Source: Leucoraja ocellata
Taxonomy: Eukaryota
Reading direction: 5' to 3'
Assembly: GCA_036785375.1 (NCBI GenBank)
Contig: JAWMAR010000056.1
Span: 3,658,001 to 3,722,000, forward strand
DNA: 64,000 nt
The notes under the pieces are model-generated. The model was not told the DNA's origin, searched no databases, and saw nothing but the letters and a program-made list of their open reading frames with translations. A program made the translations under genes and the position numbers. Of this stretch, positions 50,876 through 62,978 are shown one piece after another (the first letter of the stretch is position 1; each line of letters starts with the position of its first letter).

Positions 50876-52419
50876 TTAGAGAAATCAATACTCGTACCAC
50901 TGGGTTGTAAGCTGCCCAAGCAAAATATGAGGTGCTGTTCCTCCAATTTGTGCTTGGCCTGGGATGTGGACGTAAAAAGGATAGAGGGGAATGGAAAATG
51001 TTTATATGAAGGAGGCATTGGTTTCCAATAGTAGAGTTATTGTTATCATGGATTCCAAGCCAATCTTTTCATACACACTAGATAAAGGGTTGAAAGTAAA
51101 AGGAGATAAAAAGCTATAGGAACCAAGATAGCAACAGCATTTTAAGTAATTAGCAATGGGGACCATTTAACTGAATGGCTTGTTCTTGTGCTGTAAATTA
51201 ATGTAATGCATAGACAGAAAGAAATGATCCCATAATAACCATTCAAATAAACACATTAACGCACAGAATAGCCAGCAGCGCCTTAACAATTGGTCGAATT
51301 GTGTAATTCTGTAAATGGTAACTAAAGTAAAAAGTTGGCGGCAATTTTACTCAAATGTTTCATCGCAGATTTTAAAAGACATTGTGCAAATGTCATTCAT
51401 ATGGGGCCGTTAAAAGAGCCTTGTGGCCCATGAGATAATTGACAGATGATTTATGCAGATCGAGACGCAACAAAGGGCAGGACAATGACAAGGAGGTAAT
51501 GCTCAATGTACCTAACAGTAACCTGGTTTTCCATAAGAATCTATTATGGAACCCCTGGCTATATGTAATTTCTGTGCATAAAATGGATTTGAGCATCTGG
51601 AGTATTAAATTTTCTGATCTGAAAGCAAGTCACGAGGAGACCGACTATCTTCAGAGGGACTTGGTCCAATTACTTAGATGGGAGTGAGATAGGGCAGATA
51701 GAATTTAATATGGATAAATGTAGGATAATGTGCACAGGATCAAGTAACAACAAGCGGGTATGACTTGAAAGGGGCTTCATTGGCATGATAGAGGTCTTTG
51801 AAATAGACGAAAAAAAAGAATTTAGGAGTGATCGTATTCTGAAGGCATCTGGTCGGTGTCAGGCAGTTATTAAAAAGCTAATTGGGTATTCTGGGGTGCA
51901 TCTGGAGTTCAGAAGATGTAATACTGACATTATACAGATCAACGTTGAGACTTATTCCAGAGGAAAAGGAGCAGTTTTTACATCACCTAATTTCAAAAAA
52001 TATATAGGGATACATTAAAAATTTGTAGAAAGACTTACCAGAGTGGTTCTGGGCCTTAGGAATGACAATCTCCTGACAAAAGGCCATTTCACTGCAGAAA
52101 GAAGGACTATGGTGAATTCACTTCACATAATGAAAAGCATAGAATTTACTACGTAGCGGAGAGGACAAAACGAAAGCAGGAAATTGGGAAACCCTGATTA
52201 ACATTGTGATTTTAATAAAGTATATAAAGTTTGTCTGTGATAATTCGTAGCAGATGACACACTGTTTTTTAGAGATATTTTGAAAGGGATAATCAAAAGG
52301 CAAGAAATTGCAGATGTTCGAAATCTGAAATAAAAACACTCCATCTTTCATCCCAGCAGACTTTGCATTCAACAGATCTTCTTTCATAATTTCTGCTACC
52401 TTCAATGAGATTCCAACGT

Positions 52420-52740
52420 CTGATACATCTTCCCCCCTCCTCCATCAGGATTCCATAGGGAACATTGCCTCCATATCTCCCTGGCTTCTTTCCTTGTCCA
52501 CTGACCACTTGCTACTTCCCCTTCTTCCTTCTCTCCTTCCCATGGCTTTCTCCCATGCAACCGCAGGAGCTGCAACACCTGTCCTTTTACCTTTTCCTTC
52601 CCCACCATCCATTCCCAAAATATCCTTCCAGGTGAAACTGCAATTCGCTTGCACCTCATCCAATCTCCTGCATTTTATACAGCGCACACAGCGTGGTCTT
52701 CAGGGCATCGCAGAGACCAGGCGCAGATTGTCTGAATACA
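52420..52740 (+). mobile_element. Diverged Penelope-like fragment
   Basis: PCNRRSCNTCP..ISFQVKLQFACTSSNLLHFI..ETRRRL. Confidence 0.7.
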
Positions 52741-52882
52741 GAGCATAGAAACTTAAAAAAACAGAAAATAGGTGCAGGAGTAGGCCATTCGGCCCTTCGA
52801 GCTAGCACCACCATTCAGTACGATAATTGGCTGATCATCCAAAATCAGTACTCCGTTCCGTTTTTTTCCCCCATATCCCTTG

Positions 52883-53367
52883 GGCTGTGGCGGCGTTCCA
52901 GCGGCGGCGACCCGACTTCGGAGGTTCGGCCGTGGGCCCAGTAGACGACATCGTCGGGAGCTCGCAGGCCACAGGTTGGTGACCTGTTTTTCCGGAGCTC
53001 CCGCGGCAACAGCGTCGTCTGCTGGACTGGAGGGCGGCAGCTTCGACCACCCTGGGCCGCGGAGATTGAACCGACCTGTTCGCGGAGCACGGTTGAGCCG
53101 CGGGACCGACTTACCATCACCCGGTGGGGTCACATCATCGCAGGCCTGGATCGTCTCAGCGCAGAGGGAGAACACGGAGGGAAGAGACAAAGACTTAAGA
53201 CTTTTGCCTTCCATCACAGTGAGGAGGTGCCTGGTGAACTCACTGTGGTGGATGTTAAATTTGTGTTAATTGTGTGTTTTGTTGTTTTATTATATGTATG
53301 ACTGCAGGCAACGGAATTTTGTTCAAACTGAAAGGTCTGAATGACAATAACGTTTTCAAGATTCCAA
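52883..53367 (+). mobile_element. GC-rich non-autonomous retro-element with a caagatt-type repeat tail, inserted in a CR1 tail
   Basis: Host ..ccatatcccttg | insert | gattcccttagcccctaagagc. 3' hairpin at 53211-53251; gacaataa before the tail. Confidence 0.65.
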
Positions 53368-53756
53368 GATTCCCTTAGCCCCTAAGAGCTAAATCTAACT
53401 CTCTCTTGAAAAATTGAGAGCACATATGTGTAGGAAAGAATGGACTGTACCCTTAATTAAATTGTATCTCTGTATGCTTCGTTGTCACCTTCTCCTAGCT
53501 TACAATGATCTATTCTACATTTTCCTTGATCACCATCCTCTTTGATGTCCCATTTTCACACCTTACACTTCCTTATCTCTGTGTCTCCCTCTCCCCTGAC
53601 TCTCAGTATGGAGAAGGGTCTCGAAAGAAAGCATCGCCCATTCCTAATATCCAGAGATGCTGCGTGTTCCGCTGAGTTACTCCAGCATTTTGTGTCTATC
53701 TCCAGAGCACATATGTTCAGTCTACAAGGTTGACACTGAGCTCCCAGACACTCCCG

Positions 53757-53995
53757 GAGTTTGTACGTTCTCCCCGTGACCTGCGTGGGTTTTCTCTGAG
53801 ATCCTCGATTTCCCCTCATGCTCCAAAGACATATGGGTCTTTAGGTTAATTGGCTTGGTATAAATGTAAAAAAAGTGTTAAATTGTCCCTAGTGTGGGTA
53901 GGATAGTGTTAGTATGCGGGGATCGCTGGTCGTCTCGAACTCGGTGGGCCAAAGGGCCTGTTTCCACGCTGTATTTCTAAACTAAACTAAACCAA
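53757..53995 (+). mobile_element. 5'-truncated V-SINE
   Basis: V-domain and (ctaaa)n tail. Confidence 0.8.
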
Positions 53996-54169
53996 AGTGA
54001 ATGGACGCATAGATCCCGCACCAGATCAAATTGCTTTCTATATTCAGTCAAAAGATGTGGCCAGCAATTAATTGCTCGGGCCTAATTAGCCTTTAGAAGG
54101 TGGTGCTGAGCTGCCTTCTTGAATCACTGCAGTCCTCGAGGTGCGTGGCAGAACAATGCTATTAGAGGG

Positions 54170-54753
54170 GTAGACACAAAAAGCTGGAGTAACTCAGCGG
54201 GACAGGCAGCATCACTGGGTGACATTTCAGGTCGACACCCTTCTTCAGACTAGTTAGGGATAAGGGAAAGGAGAGATATAGGCGATGGTGGAGAGATAAT
54301 GAACAATGAATGAAAGATGCAAACAAAGTAACAATGATAAAAGAAACAGGCCATTGTTAGCTGTTTAAGAGGGAACTGCAGATGCTGGAGAATCGAAGGT
54401 TACACAAAAAAGCTGGAGAAACTCAGCGGGTGCAGCAGCATCTATGGAGCGAAGGAAATAGGCAACGTTTGGCTATTAGCTGTTTGTTGGGTGAAAACGA
54501 GACTGGGAGGGATAGAGAGAGAGAGAGAGAGAGAGAGAATCTCTCGTTTCCCTTATCCCTAACTAGTCTGAAGAAGGGTCTCTGTACTGTACACTGACAA
54601 TGACAATTAAAATTGAATCTGAATCTGAATCTGAATCTGATCCGAAACGTTGACAATTCCTTCTCTCCAGTGATGCTGCCTGTCCCGCTGAGTTACTCCA
54701 GCTTTTTGTGTCTACTTTCGTTTTAAACCAGCATCTGCAGTTTCTTCCCACAC
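54170..54753. repeat. Compound Penelope-derived inverted-repeat cluster
   Basis: Left arm cccttcttcagactagttagggataaggg is mirrored by cccttatccctaactagtctgaagaaggg. A second-subfamily copy lies at 54372-54470. Confidence 0.75.
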
Positions 54754-55114
54754 AATGCTATTAGGGAGAGACTGCTGGGAGAATCCCAGCATTGTAAATA
54801 CTGGGGAATTCCAAAAGTCTCACACTCCATACATGTGAAGTTGGGCGGAGCAGCCTATTTTGTAAAATTGCTGTGGACCTTGGCCAGAGTTCATGGACGC
54901 TCACATTTGCGGTGGGTGTCCTGAACTTGCTGCTACTTGTGATGAGAAATGAAAACAGTTCTTCATCAGTAGGTCTCAGCTCAATGTCATCATGATGTTA
55001 AATGCTGGGCTGTCATTGCATGACATGAAAATGAGAGCAAATGTGGAAAAAATGAAACTAGGCAAAGGGGAAAATAAGATCAGCTCTCGGAAACAGAAAT
55101 GGACAATAAGAAAG

Positions 55115-55560
55115 GAAACATAGAAACATAGGAACATAGAAAATAGGTGCAGGAGTAGGCCATTCGGCCCTTCGAGCCTGCACCGCCATTCAATATGATC
55201 ATGGCTGATCATCCAACTCAGTATCCCGTACCTGCCTTCTCTCCATACCCCCTGATCCCCCTAGCCACAAGGGCCACATCTAACTCCCTCTTGAATATAG
55301 CCAATGAACTGGACTCAACTATCCTCTGTGGCAGAGAGTTCCAGAGATTCACCACTCTCTGTGTGAAAAATGTTTTTCTCATCTCGGTCCTAAAAGATTT
55401 CCCCTCTATCCTTAAGCTGTGACCCCTTGTCCTGGACTTCCCCAACATCGGGAACAATCTTCCTGCATCTAGCCTGTCCAACCCCTTAAGAATTTTGTAA
55501 GTTTCTATAAGACCCCCCCTCAATCTTCTATATTCTAGCGAGTACAAGCCGAGTCTATCT
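55115..55560 (-). mobile_element. CR1 3' fragment with (TTTCTATG)n tail
   Basis: YSLEYRRLRGGLIETYKILKGLDRLDAGRLFP.. Confidence 0.92.
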
Positions 55561-55625
55561 AGAAATACATACAGACAAAACTTGGAGTGTTAAATTCCAT
55601 ATCTTTGTAACATCTGTATTCCTAT

Positions 55626-55832
55626 GTGTAGGGAGGAACTGCAGATGTTGGTTTAAACCTAAGATAGACACAAAATGCTGGAGTAACCCAGCAGGACAGG
55701 CAGCATCTCTGGATAGAAGGAATGGCTGATGTTTCGGGTCAAGACCGGCTCTCGACCCAAAACGTCACCCATTCCTTCTATCCAGAGATGCTGCCTGTCC
55801 CACTGAGTTACTCCAGCATTTTGTGTCCATCT
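55626..55832. repeat. Penelope-derived inverted-repeat element
   Basis: Arms gacacaaaatgctggagtaac.. / ..gttactccagcattttgtgtc. Confidence 0.75.
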
Positions 55833-57149
55833 ATATTCCTATTATAATTGAGTTCACAGTAATTACCGTGCATCGTTCCAGCAACACAAGAAATGGTGTG
55901 GGAAGATGAACAAATATCAGTACATATTCAATAATATTGATTCAGACATCAGCATGTTCTTATCTCCACCTATAAGAAAAGTATTGTCAATACCAGGCTG
56001 AATAACATATGCACTTCTAACTAAATCGTGAAACACAAAGAACTGGGCGATCTCAGTGGGTCAGGTAGCACCTGGGGAGGTACAGGTGGACAGGTGACAT
56101 TTTGGGTTGGAACCCTTCCCCTGGAACCTTTCTTCTGATTGAATTCCACTCCGAAACATCACCTGTGCATTCCCTCCGAAGACATTATGGTCCTTCAGCA
56201 CTTTGTGCTTTGCTCAAGAATCCAGCATCTGCAGTTCCTTGTGTTTCCACACTCTTAACTAAACGAGGATTCTGATTTTAGGACAACAGCTCGACGATTC
56301 AAGCAGTGTTTAGTAAACGCTCCGGCATCTGGCTATCGTTTTGAGTAAACAAATCTAGATATTGCTTGTCATTAATTGTTAATTATTTGGAATAAGTGGT
56401 AGCATTAATTTCTAGATTTAGGCTGCAGGATGGATTTGATCAATTTAATTTTAATGGGAGTTTGTACAATAATGGCTCCAAAAAATAATTGATAAATCCA
56501 CAGGGCTTGAGGAAGGAGAGTATTGTGATTGATGTACAAATAATTGAATAATTAAAGATAATAAGTAATGCACTGATATAGAACTGCAGGAAATGGAGGA
56601 AAGATGTATGAAAATTGGGATTGATTTCTCAAATCTTCACAAGAAATCATTTTTGGCCTGTAGATAGCCGATAATTTGTTTTCTCAGCTGAATTAAAGTT
56701 GAGGGTTTGATTAGATTAAGAGCAAGTAAGAGACTGAAATGAGATTGGAACAGAAAGAGGCAAGGCTATGGGCTTTAATTAGGAGGAAAAATGTTACAAA
56801 GGTTTATTATAATTCAAAGATAAAATAAATAATTACTTAATGTTTTGAATTCTGTGGTAGTAATAGAAAGGATACTTAAATTAGTCTCCAACTCCACCCA
56901 TCATGACCCACCGCACATCTGGAAGTGTCCAGAGGATAAAAAATAGAACAGTGCAGCACAGAAAGAGGCCCTTTGGCCCACAATGTCTGTGCCCAACATA
57001 GTTTCTATGAAGCATTAGAACTTAGAGATGGAGACAAGACACGATACTTGGGCAAAGGCAAGTTTAAGTTTGATTTTGAGTTTTGTTTATTGTCATATGT
57101 ACTGAGGTGCAGTGAAAAGCTTATGTGGTGTACAAAGCAGTCAGCAGAA

Positions 57150-57573
57150 ATATAGAAACATAGAAACATAGAAAGTAGGTGCAGGAGTAGGCCATTTGGC
57201 CCTTCGAGCCTGCACCGCCATTTAATATGATCATGTCTGATCATTCAACTCAGTATCCCGTACCTGCCTTCTCTCCATACCCCCTGATACCTTTAGCCAC
57301 AAGGGCCACATCTAACTCCCTCTTAAATATAGCCAATTAACTGGTCTCAACTACATTCTGTGGCAGAGAATTCCAGAAATTCACCACTCTCTGTGTGGAA
57401 AATGTTTTTCTCATCTCAGTCCTAAAAGATTTTCCCTTTATCCTTAAACTGTGACCCCTTGTTCTGGACTTCCCCAACATCGGGAACAATCTTCCTGCAT
57501 CTAGCCTGTCTAACCCCTTAAGAATTTTGTAAGTTTCTGTAAGATCCCCCCTCAGTCTTCTAAATACTAGCGA
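57150..57573 (-). mobile_element. CR1 3' fragment, same subfamily as 55115-55560
   Basis: Near-identical sequence and the same tail. Confidence 0.92.
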
Positions 57574-57967
57574 AAGACAATCAAGCCATCCACGTTGTAC
57601 AGATACATGATAAAGGGAATAACGTGAATAACGTTAAGTGAGAGGAGATTAAGAAGAGTGTAGTTGAACTAAGAAATGTTGCTGTTGGAATAGAGATTTA
57701 AAAGAGTGGAACGACTGTAATGAGCGATTGCAAATTCACCTCTGTGGTTGGCATACAAAGAGTCGCCTGGGTTGGACGCCATCTTGGAATGTCAACATAA
57801 TGCCAAGACAAAACCTAATCCATATCCCTCCATTCCCTGCATATGCATTTGCCCATCCAAAAGTCTATTAAATGCCACTAGCGTGTCTACCTCAACCATC
57901 ACCCTCAGCAGTGTGCTCCAGGCACCCACCATCCTCTGTGTAAAAAAACCTGCCCCACACATCAATA

Positions 57968-58280
57968 TTATTATATAACAAAAACGTCTCATCTTGTATG
58001 TATGTATGTTCCCCAAATACTGCCAAAACAGTGCACGATGGCGCAACAAATTTAGGGGTGCCTGCAGTGTGCAGTATCAAATTTTGTTCGATTTTACAAA
58101 GAAATTCCCTTCAAAAACTTTAACTAACTTACTACCTTGAGTGGCAGTGTGCTCTCATTTGCCGGGCCCGATATACGCGCATGCGCAGTTGACGGAATTT
58201 GGAATAACTGAACGGGTTGTTCTTGACTGGCATCACAACGGGGATCTCTGGCGTCACAACGGTGACCCAACGTCCCGTCT
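57968..58280 (+). mobile_element. Unclassified insertion (possibly Helitron-like, non-autonomous) inside a CR1 tail
   Basis: Interrupts CR1 ..cctgccccacacatc | ctttaacatttgcctctctcacc. Starts tatataac..(tgta)n. No clean 3' CTAG. Confidence 0.35.
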
Positions 58281-58865
58281 GCTTTAACATTTGCCTCTCT
58301 CACCATAAAGCCCTGCTCTCTGATATTTGATTTTTCCATCCTGGAATAAAAGTTTTTGACTGTCAACTTTTTCGAAAAGAAAATGATATGACCCACGAGA
58401 ATCCCTGTCTCAAGTTACTAACCTCTATTTGATTCACATTCAGATGGTTTTCTGGTAGATGCTCCTTTCGGTTTATAAATACACTGCAAAATAAGAGATC
58501 ATTAAAAGCTGACAGTGCAGGTCAGGATCACAGGAGAACAAAATCACTCACTGCTGCCCTTTAATTAAAACAAATCAAAATAATTTAAATGGTGTACAAT
58601 AAGCCACCCAAAATATTTTAATTATAGCACATGTCTTCGTTATGTGATAAGCTATAATAACCAAACAGCAGTTTTGTGATCTTTGACACGCTTAGGCTCT
58701 CTATGTGACCTGATCTGAACTATTGCAGTTATGCTGTACCTTGGAATTTGGGTCAATAATACTAAATACCCCTGAACCCAGTTAGTTCTAGTGTAGATCG
58801 CAAAGTTATCTTGCCCTTGTTATCTTGCAGGAACGGGGTACTGATTGTGGACGATCAGCCATGAT

Positions 58866-59158
58866 TCAAACAAGAGGACATGACTTGAGAATTAAGGGAC
58901 AGAAGTTTAGGGGTAACATGAGGGGGAACTTCTTTACTCAGAGCGTGGTAGCTGTGTGGAATGAGCTTCCAGTGAAGGTGGTAGAGGCAGGTTCGTTTTT
59001 ATCATTTAAAAATAAATTGGATAGTTATATGGACGGGAAAGGAATGGAGGGTTATGGTTTGAGTGCAGGTAGATGGAACTAGGGGAGAATACGTGTTCGG
59101 CAGGGACTAGAAGGGCCCTAGATGGCCTGTTTCCATGCTGTAATTGTTATATGGTTAT
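58866..59158 (+). mobile_element. Young CR1 3' fragment nested in another CR1 tail
   Basis: QTRGHDLRIKGQKFRGNMRGNFFTQ. GTTATATG tail. ATGAT at 58861-58865 and 59159-59163. Confidence 0.9.
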
Positions 59159-60652
59159 ATGATCACATTGAATGGCTGTGCTGGCTCGAGGGGCCGAATG
59201 GGCTACTCCTGCACCTATTGTCCATGGTCTTCCTTCATAGGACTGAAACAATTTATTAATTTTTCATCCACAGAATAAATTTGCTGAGGATAGTGCTTTT
59301 TCTACATCTTTGGCTTAATAATGAAAACAAATATTTATTATCAGTTGGATAATTTTAATAGGCTAATCCTTAGGGCTCCATGAGGGTTTAATTTGTTAGA
59401 ATTATACAACTGAACCAAAGTGATCTTTGATTGAAAAGAGATGTGGAAACGTTTTTATAATCACATACTAGGTTCAATATTCTTTGTAGTGGGATGCGTG
59501 CTAGATTTTCTAGACACAAGGAACTGCAGATGCTGGTTTTACACAAATGGACACCAAGTGCTGGAGTAACTCAACAGGTAGGCAGCATCTCTGGAGAAGA
59601 GGAAATGTGTAGGAAGGAACGACAGATGCTGGTTTAAACAGAAGATAAACACAAAATGCTGGAGTAACACAGCGGGAAGTTTGAAGAAGGGTCTCGACCC
59701 GAAAAGTCATCCATTCCTTCTCTCCGGAAATGCTGCCTGTCCCATTGAGTTATTCCAGCATTTTGTTTCTACCTTCAGCATCTCTGCAGAACATGGATGG
59801 GTGACATTCCAGCCAGGTCCCGACCCGAAACGTTACCTATCCATAATTCTCCAGAGACGCTGCCAGACCCACTGAGTTACTGCAACTCTTTGAGTCCTTT
59901 GACTATCTTTTATAACTTGCTAGTCAATGGAACAACACCAAGGATGCTTAATGCCATAACATACTGTGAAAATGTGTGGGTGCAGAGTTTCAATTAATAC
60001 CTTTCTAATTTATAACATATTAATGCAGTCAGACAGCCCAACTTTATAACTTCTGAATGCCAAATATCACAAACAATATTTGTGTACCAGGTGAGATGGT
60101 CATGGAGTCATGGAAACAGGCCCTTTGGCCCAACTTGCCCACTCCAACCAACATGTCCCATCTGCACTAGTTCCATCGGCCTGCCTTTGGCCCATATCTC
60201 TCTAAACCTATCCTATCTATGTACCTGCCTAAATGTTTATTAAACATTGCAATAGTACCCGCTTAAACGTTGCGATAGTACCTGCGATAAACATTGTGAT
60301 TGTACGCACATGAAAAGTTGTACACTTGCTTGCAGAATAACTAGTGTAGTCTCCTTTGGTGATGGCCAAACAAAGATCTTTTCCTGACGTAAGTTCCATG
60401 GTTCTGAAAATTGGAAATGTTTTTATGCACAGAAAGGCCTAGGCTAATTTATACCAAATTTCCGTGAATGTGGAATAACCCCATACCTCTTGAACAATGA
60501 CCCACAGAAATCTGAGTTTCTTCCTTGTAGTTTTCTTTGTAGAATCAACTGCGCAGTTGGTGACCATTCAGTCCATCATGTCAGCGGCTCGTTAAAGTAA
60601 AACTAGCCTGCTTGAATCAGGCTTTTCAAGTGCCCAACTTACTGTTTCTTAA

Positions 60653-61082
60653 TGTGTAGGAAGGAACTGCAGTTGCTGGTTTAAACCGAAGATAGACACA
60701 AAAAAACTGGAGTAACTCAGCGGGACAGGCAGCATCTCTGGAGAGAAGGAAAGGGTGACGTTTCGGGTCGAGACCCTTCTTCAGCTGACAAAAAATCTCG
60801 ACCAGAAACGTCAGCCATTCCTTCGCTCCAGAGATGCTGCCAGAGATGAACAAGGGGACTGAACTTTTATTGCCTTCCCTCACAATGGGAAACGTTGATT
60901 CCGCTGTGGGGGATGTTTTATGTTTTATGTCAAATTCTATAGTGTTGTGTTTATCTTATTTGTGCGCTGCATGGTAGCTCAAATTTCATTGCACCAATAT
61001 GTGTGTGTGACAATAAATGTCCTTTGTCCTTTGTCCTTGTCCCGTTGAGTTTCTCCATCTTTTTGTGCCTATCTTCGGTTTA
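60653..61082. repeat. Penelope-derived inverted-repeat element; consensus hammerhead-like core at 60757-60784 (-); insert at 60842-61037
   Basis: Minus strand reads ctgaagaagggtctcgacccgaaacgtc. The right arm is interrupted by a (tgtcctt)n-tailed element. Confidence 0.8.
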
Positions 61083-61279
61083 CTATTTTACTTAAACCTG
61101 AAGATGATGTCACAATTTCCTAATCAAAGGAAAGTGTTACATAAAGTCATAAGCTCATAAGGTCATAAGGAATAGGAGTAGAATTAGGCTATTTGGACCA
61201 TCGAGTCTACTCTACCATTCAATCATGGCTGATCTATCTCTCTCTCCTAATCCCGTTCTCCTGCCTTCTCCCCGTAACC

Positions 61280-61914
61280 AATCAATCAATCAATCAATCA
61301 ATAAATCGATCAATCAATCAATCAGTATTATTGATAACATACACATATAAGTGCAATGAAATGAATTTGCCAGCAGCGGTACAATCAAAAAAGAACACAC
61401 AATACAGAATAAAATTTAACATAAACATCCACCACAGCATTCTTCACTGTGGTGGAAGGCACAAAGTACAGTCAGACCTCCGTCATTGTTCACCCGTGGT
61501 CGGGGCCATAAACCTCCGTAGTCGCCGCTACCGATGGCCCGATGTACAGACCCTCTCATCGGAATGGTTGAAACGCCACCGCCGGGACAGTCAAACACAC
61601 TCCACGGCTTGGAGGTCCCGAATCGGCGCTTTCCTACCAGAGGCCGCGGCTTCAAGATGTTGTAAGCCGCAGGCCGGCGGTCGGAGCTCTTCTCTGGCTG
61701 TCCCCGGCGAGGGAACCCAGGCTCCAGATGGTAAGTCCAGGCCGCGCCCGTGGCTAGAAGCTCCGCAGACCGCGGCTTCAGGATGCTATAGACCGTGGGT
61801 CGGCGATCGGAGCTCTTCTCCGGGGATCCCCAATGGATGCCGCGCCCGCGGCTAGAAGCTTCGCAGACCGCAGCTTCAGGATGTAACAGCTCCGCAGACT
61901 GCGGCTTCAGGATA
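61280..61914 (-). mobile_element. GC-rich non-autonomous retro-element with (TGAT)n tail and internal tandem repeats, inserted in a CR1 tail
   Basis: TAACC at 61275-61279 and 61915-61919. Repeated ccgcggcttcaggatg / agctccgcagac units. Hairpin at 61429-61455. Confidence 0.7.
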
Positions 61915-62447
61915 TAACCTCTGACACCTGTACTAATCAAGAATATATCAATCTCTGCCTTAAATATATCCACTGACTTGGCCTCCACAGCGTTCTGTGG
62001 CAAAGAATTCATCAAACAATTTTAGAAAAAATGCTGAAGACAGCACGAATTTGCTCGGAATAAATCGCTTCCAGAACGTCTCTGCATGTTTATAATTTGC
62101 AGTGAAGCTAGGAACTTTTACATCTCACCTAAATGTGAAAGCCACATATGGAGGAGATCTCACACTCCTGCCTTCACACCTCGAGGCTGCACATTGGCAG
62201 AGCAAAGTTACCCTTTGTAGCCATAAAGGGTTTGACTGCTCGTTTAACGGATAATCTGAGTAACAAAACCTTTCTCAGCAGGCACATCTAAACTATCCGG
62301 CTCATTCATTTCAGTCAAGGCTAAGAATATAATAATTTACAGGGTAAACCTTTTTAATTTAAATGTAATTCTTAAGGTTGGAGTCCACAGCGTTATTGGC
62401 GACAGATACTCAGCAGTCTGATTCTGTATCTGTCTAAAGTTCTTGGG

Positions 62448-62663
62448 CAGGGGGTTCCCAACCTTTTTCATCCCGTTTACCCCTGGCAACTTTAATAGCA
62501 CATAACAATGTTATTTCACTTATTTATGAACAACTAATGATGAACAGATACTGGTATACCAGAACCAAACACAGTCAGTCAATGAGAAAAAATATGTACT
62601 AATCCAGAATCAACAAATTTACCCCCTGGGTAGGCGAAATTTACACCAGCGTGGGAACTCTTG
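62448..62663. mobile_element. hAT-like MITE
   Basis: Termini cagggggttccca / tgggaactcttg. 8-bp flanks ttcttggg and tcctaggg (6/8). Confidence 0.65.
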
Positions 62664-62670
62664 TCCTAGG

Positions 62671-62977
62671 GCATCACGGTAGAGTTGCAGCCTTACAGCT
62701 CCAGAGACCCGGGTTCGATCCTGTCTACAGGTGCTGTCTATAAGGAGTTTGTACGTTCTCCGCATGACCGTGTGGGTTTTCTCCGAGTGCGCCGGTTTCC
62801 TCCCACATTCCGAAGACGTACAACCTTGTAGGTTGATTGGCCTTGGTAAAAATTGTAAATTGTCCCTAGCGTGTAGGGTAGTGTAAATGTACGGCGATCG
62901 TTGGTCGGCATTGACTTGATGGGCTGGAGGGCCTATTTACACGCTGTATCTCCAAACTAAACTAAACTAAACTAAAC
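62671..62977 (+). mobile_element. V-SINE (HE1-like)
   Basis: B box gggttcgatcc, V-domain, (ctaaa)n tail. Confidence 0.88.
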
Positions 62978-62978
62978 A

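Noticed and set aside
55115-57573. Possible local segmental duplication (two near-identical 430-bp blocks)
   Set aside because: Similarity is confined to the CR1 fragment. Flanks and truncation points differ, so these are independent insertions.
61600-61914. Repeat-spacer-like pattern reminiscent of a CRISPR array
   Set aside because: Eukaryotic context, irregular degenerate tandem units inside a retro-element, no unique spacers and no cas genes.
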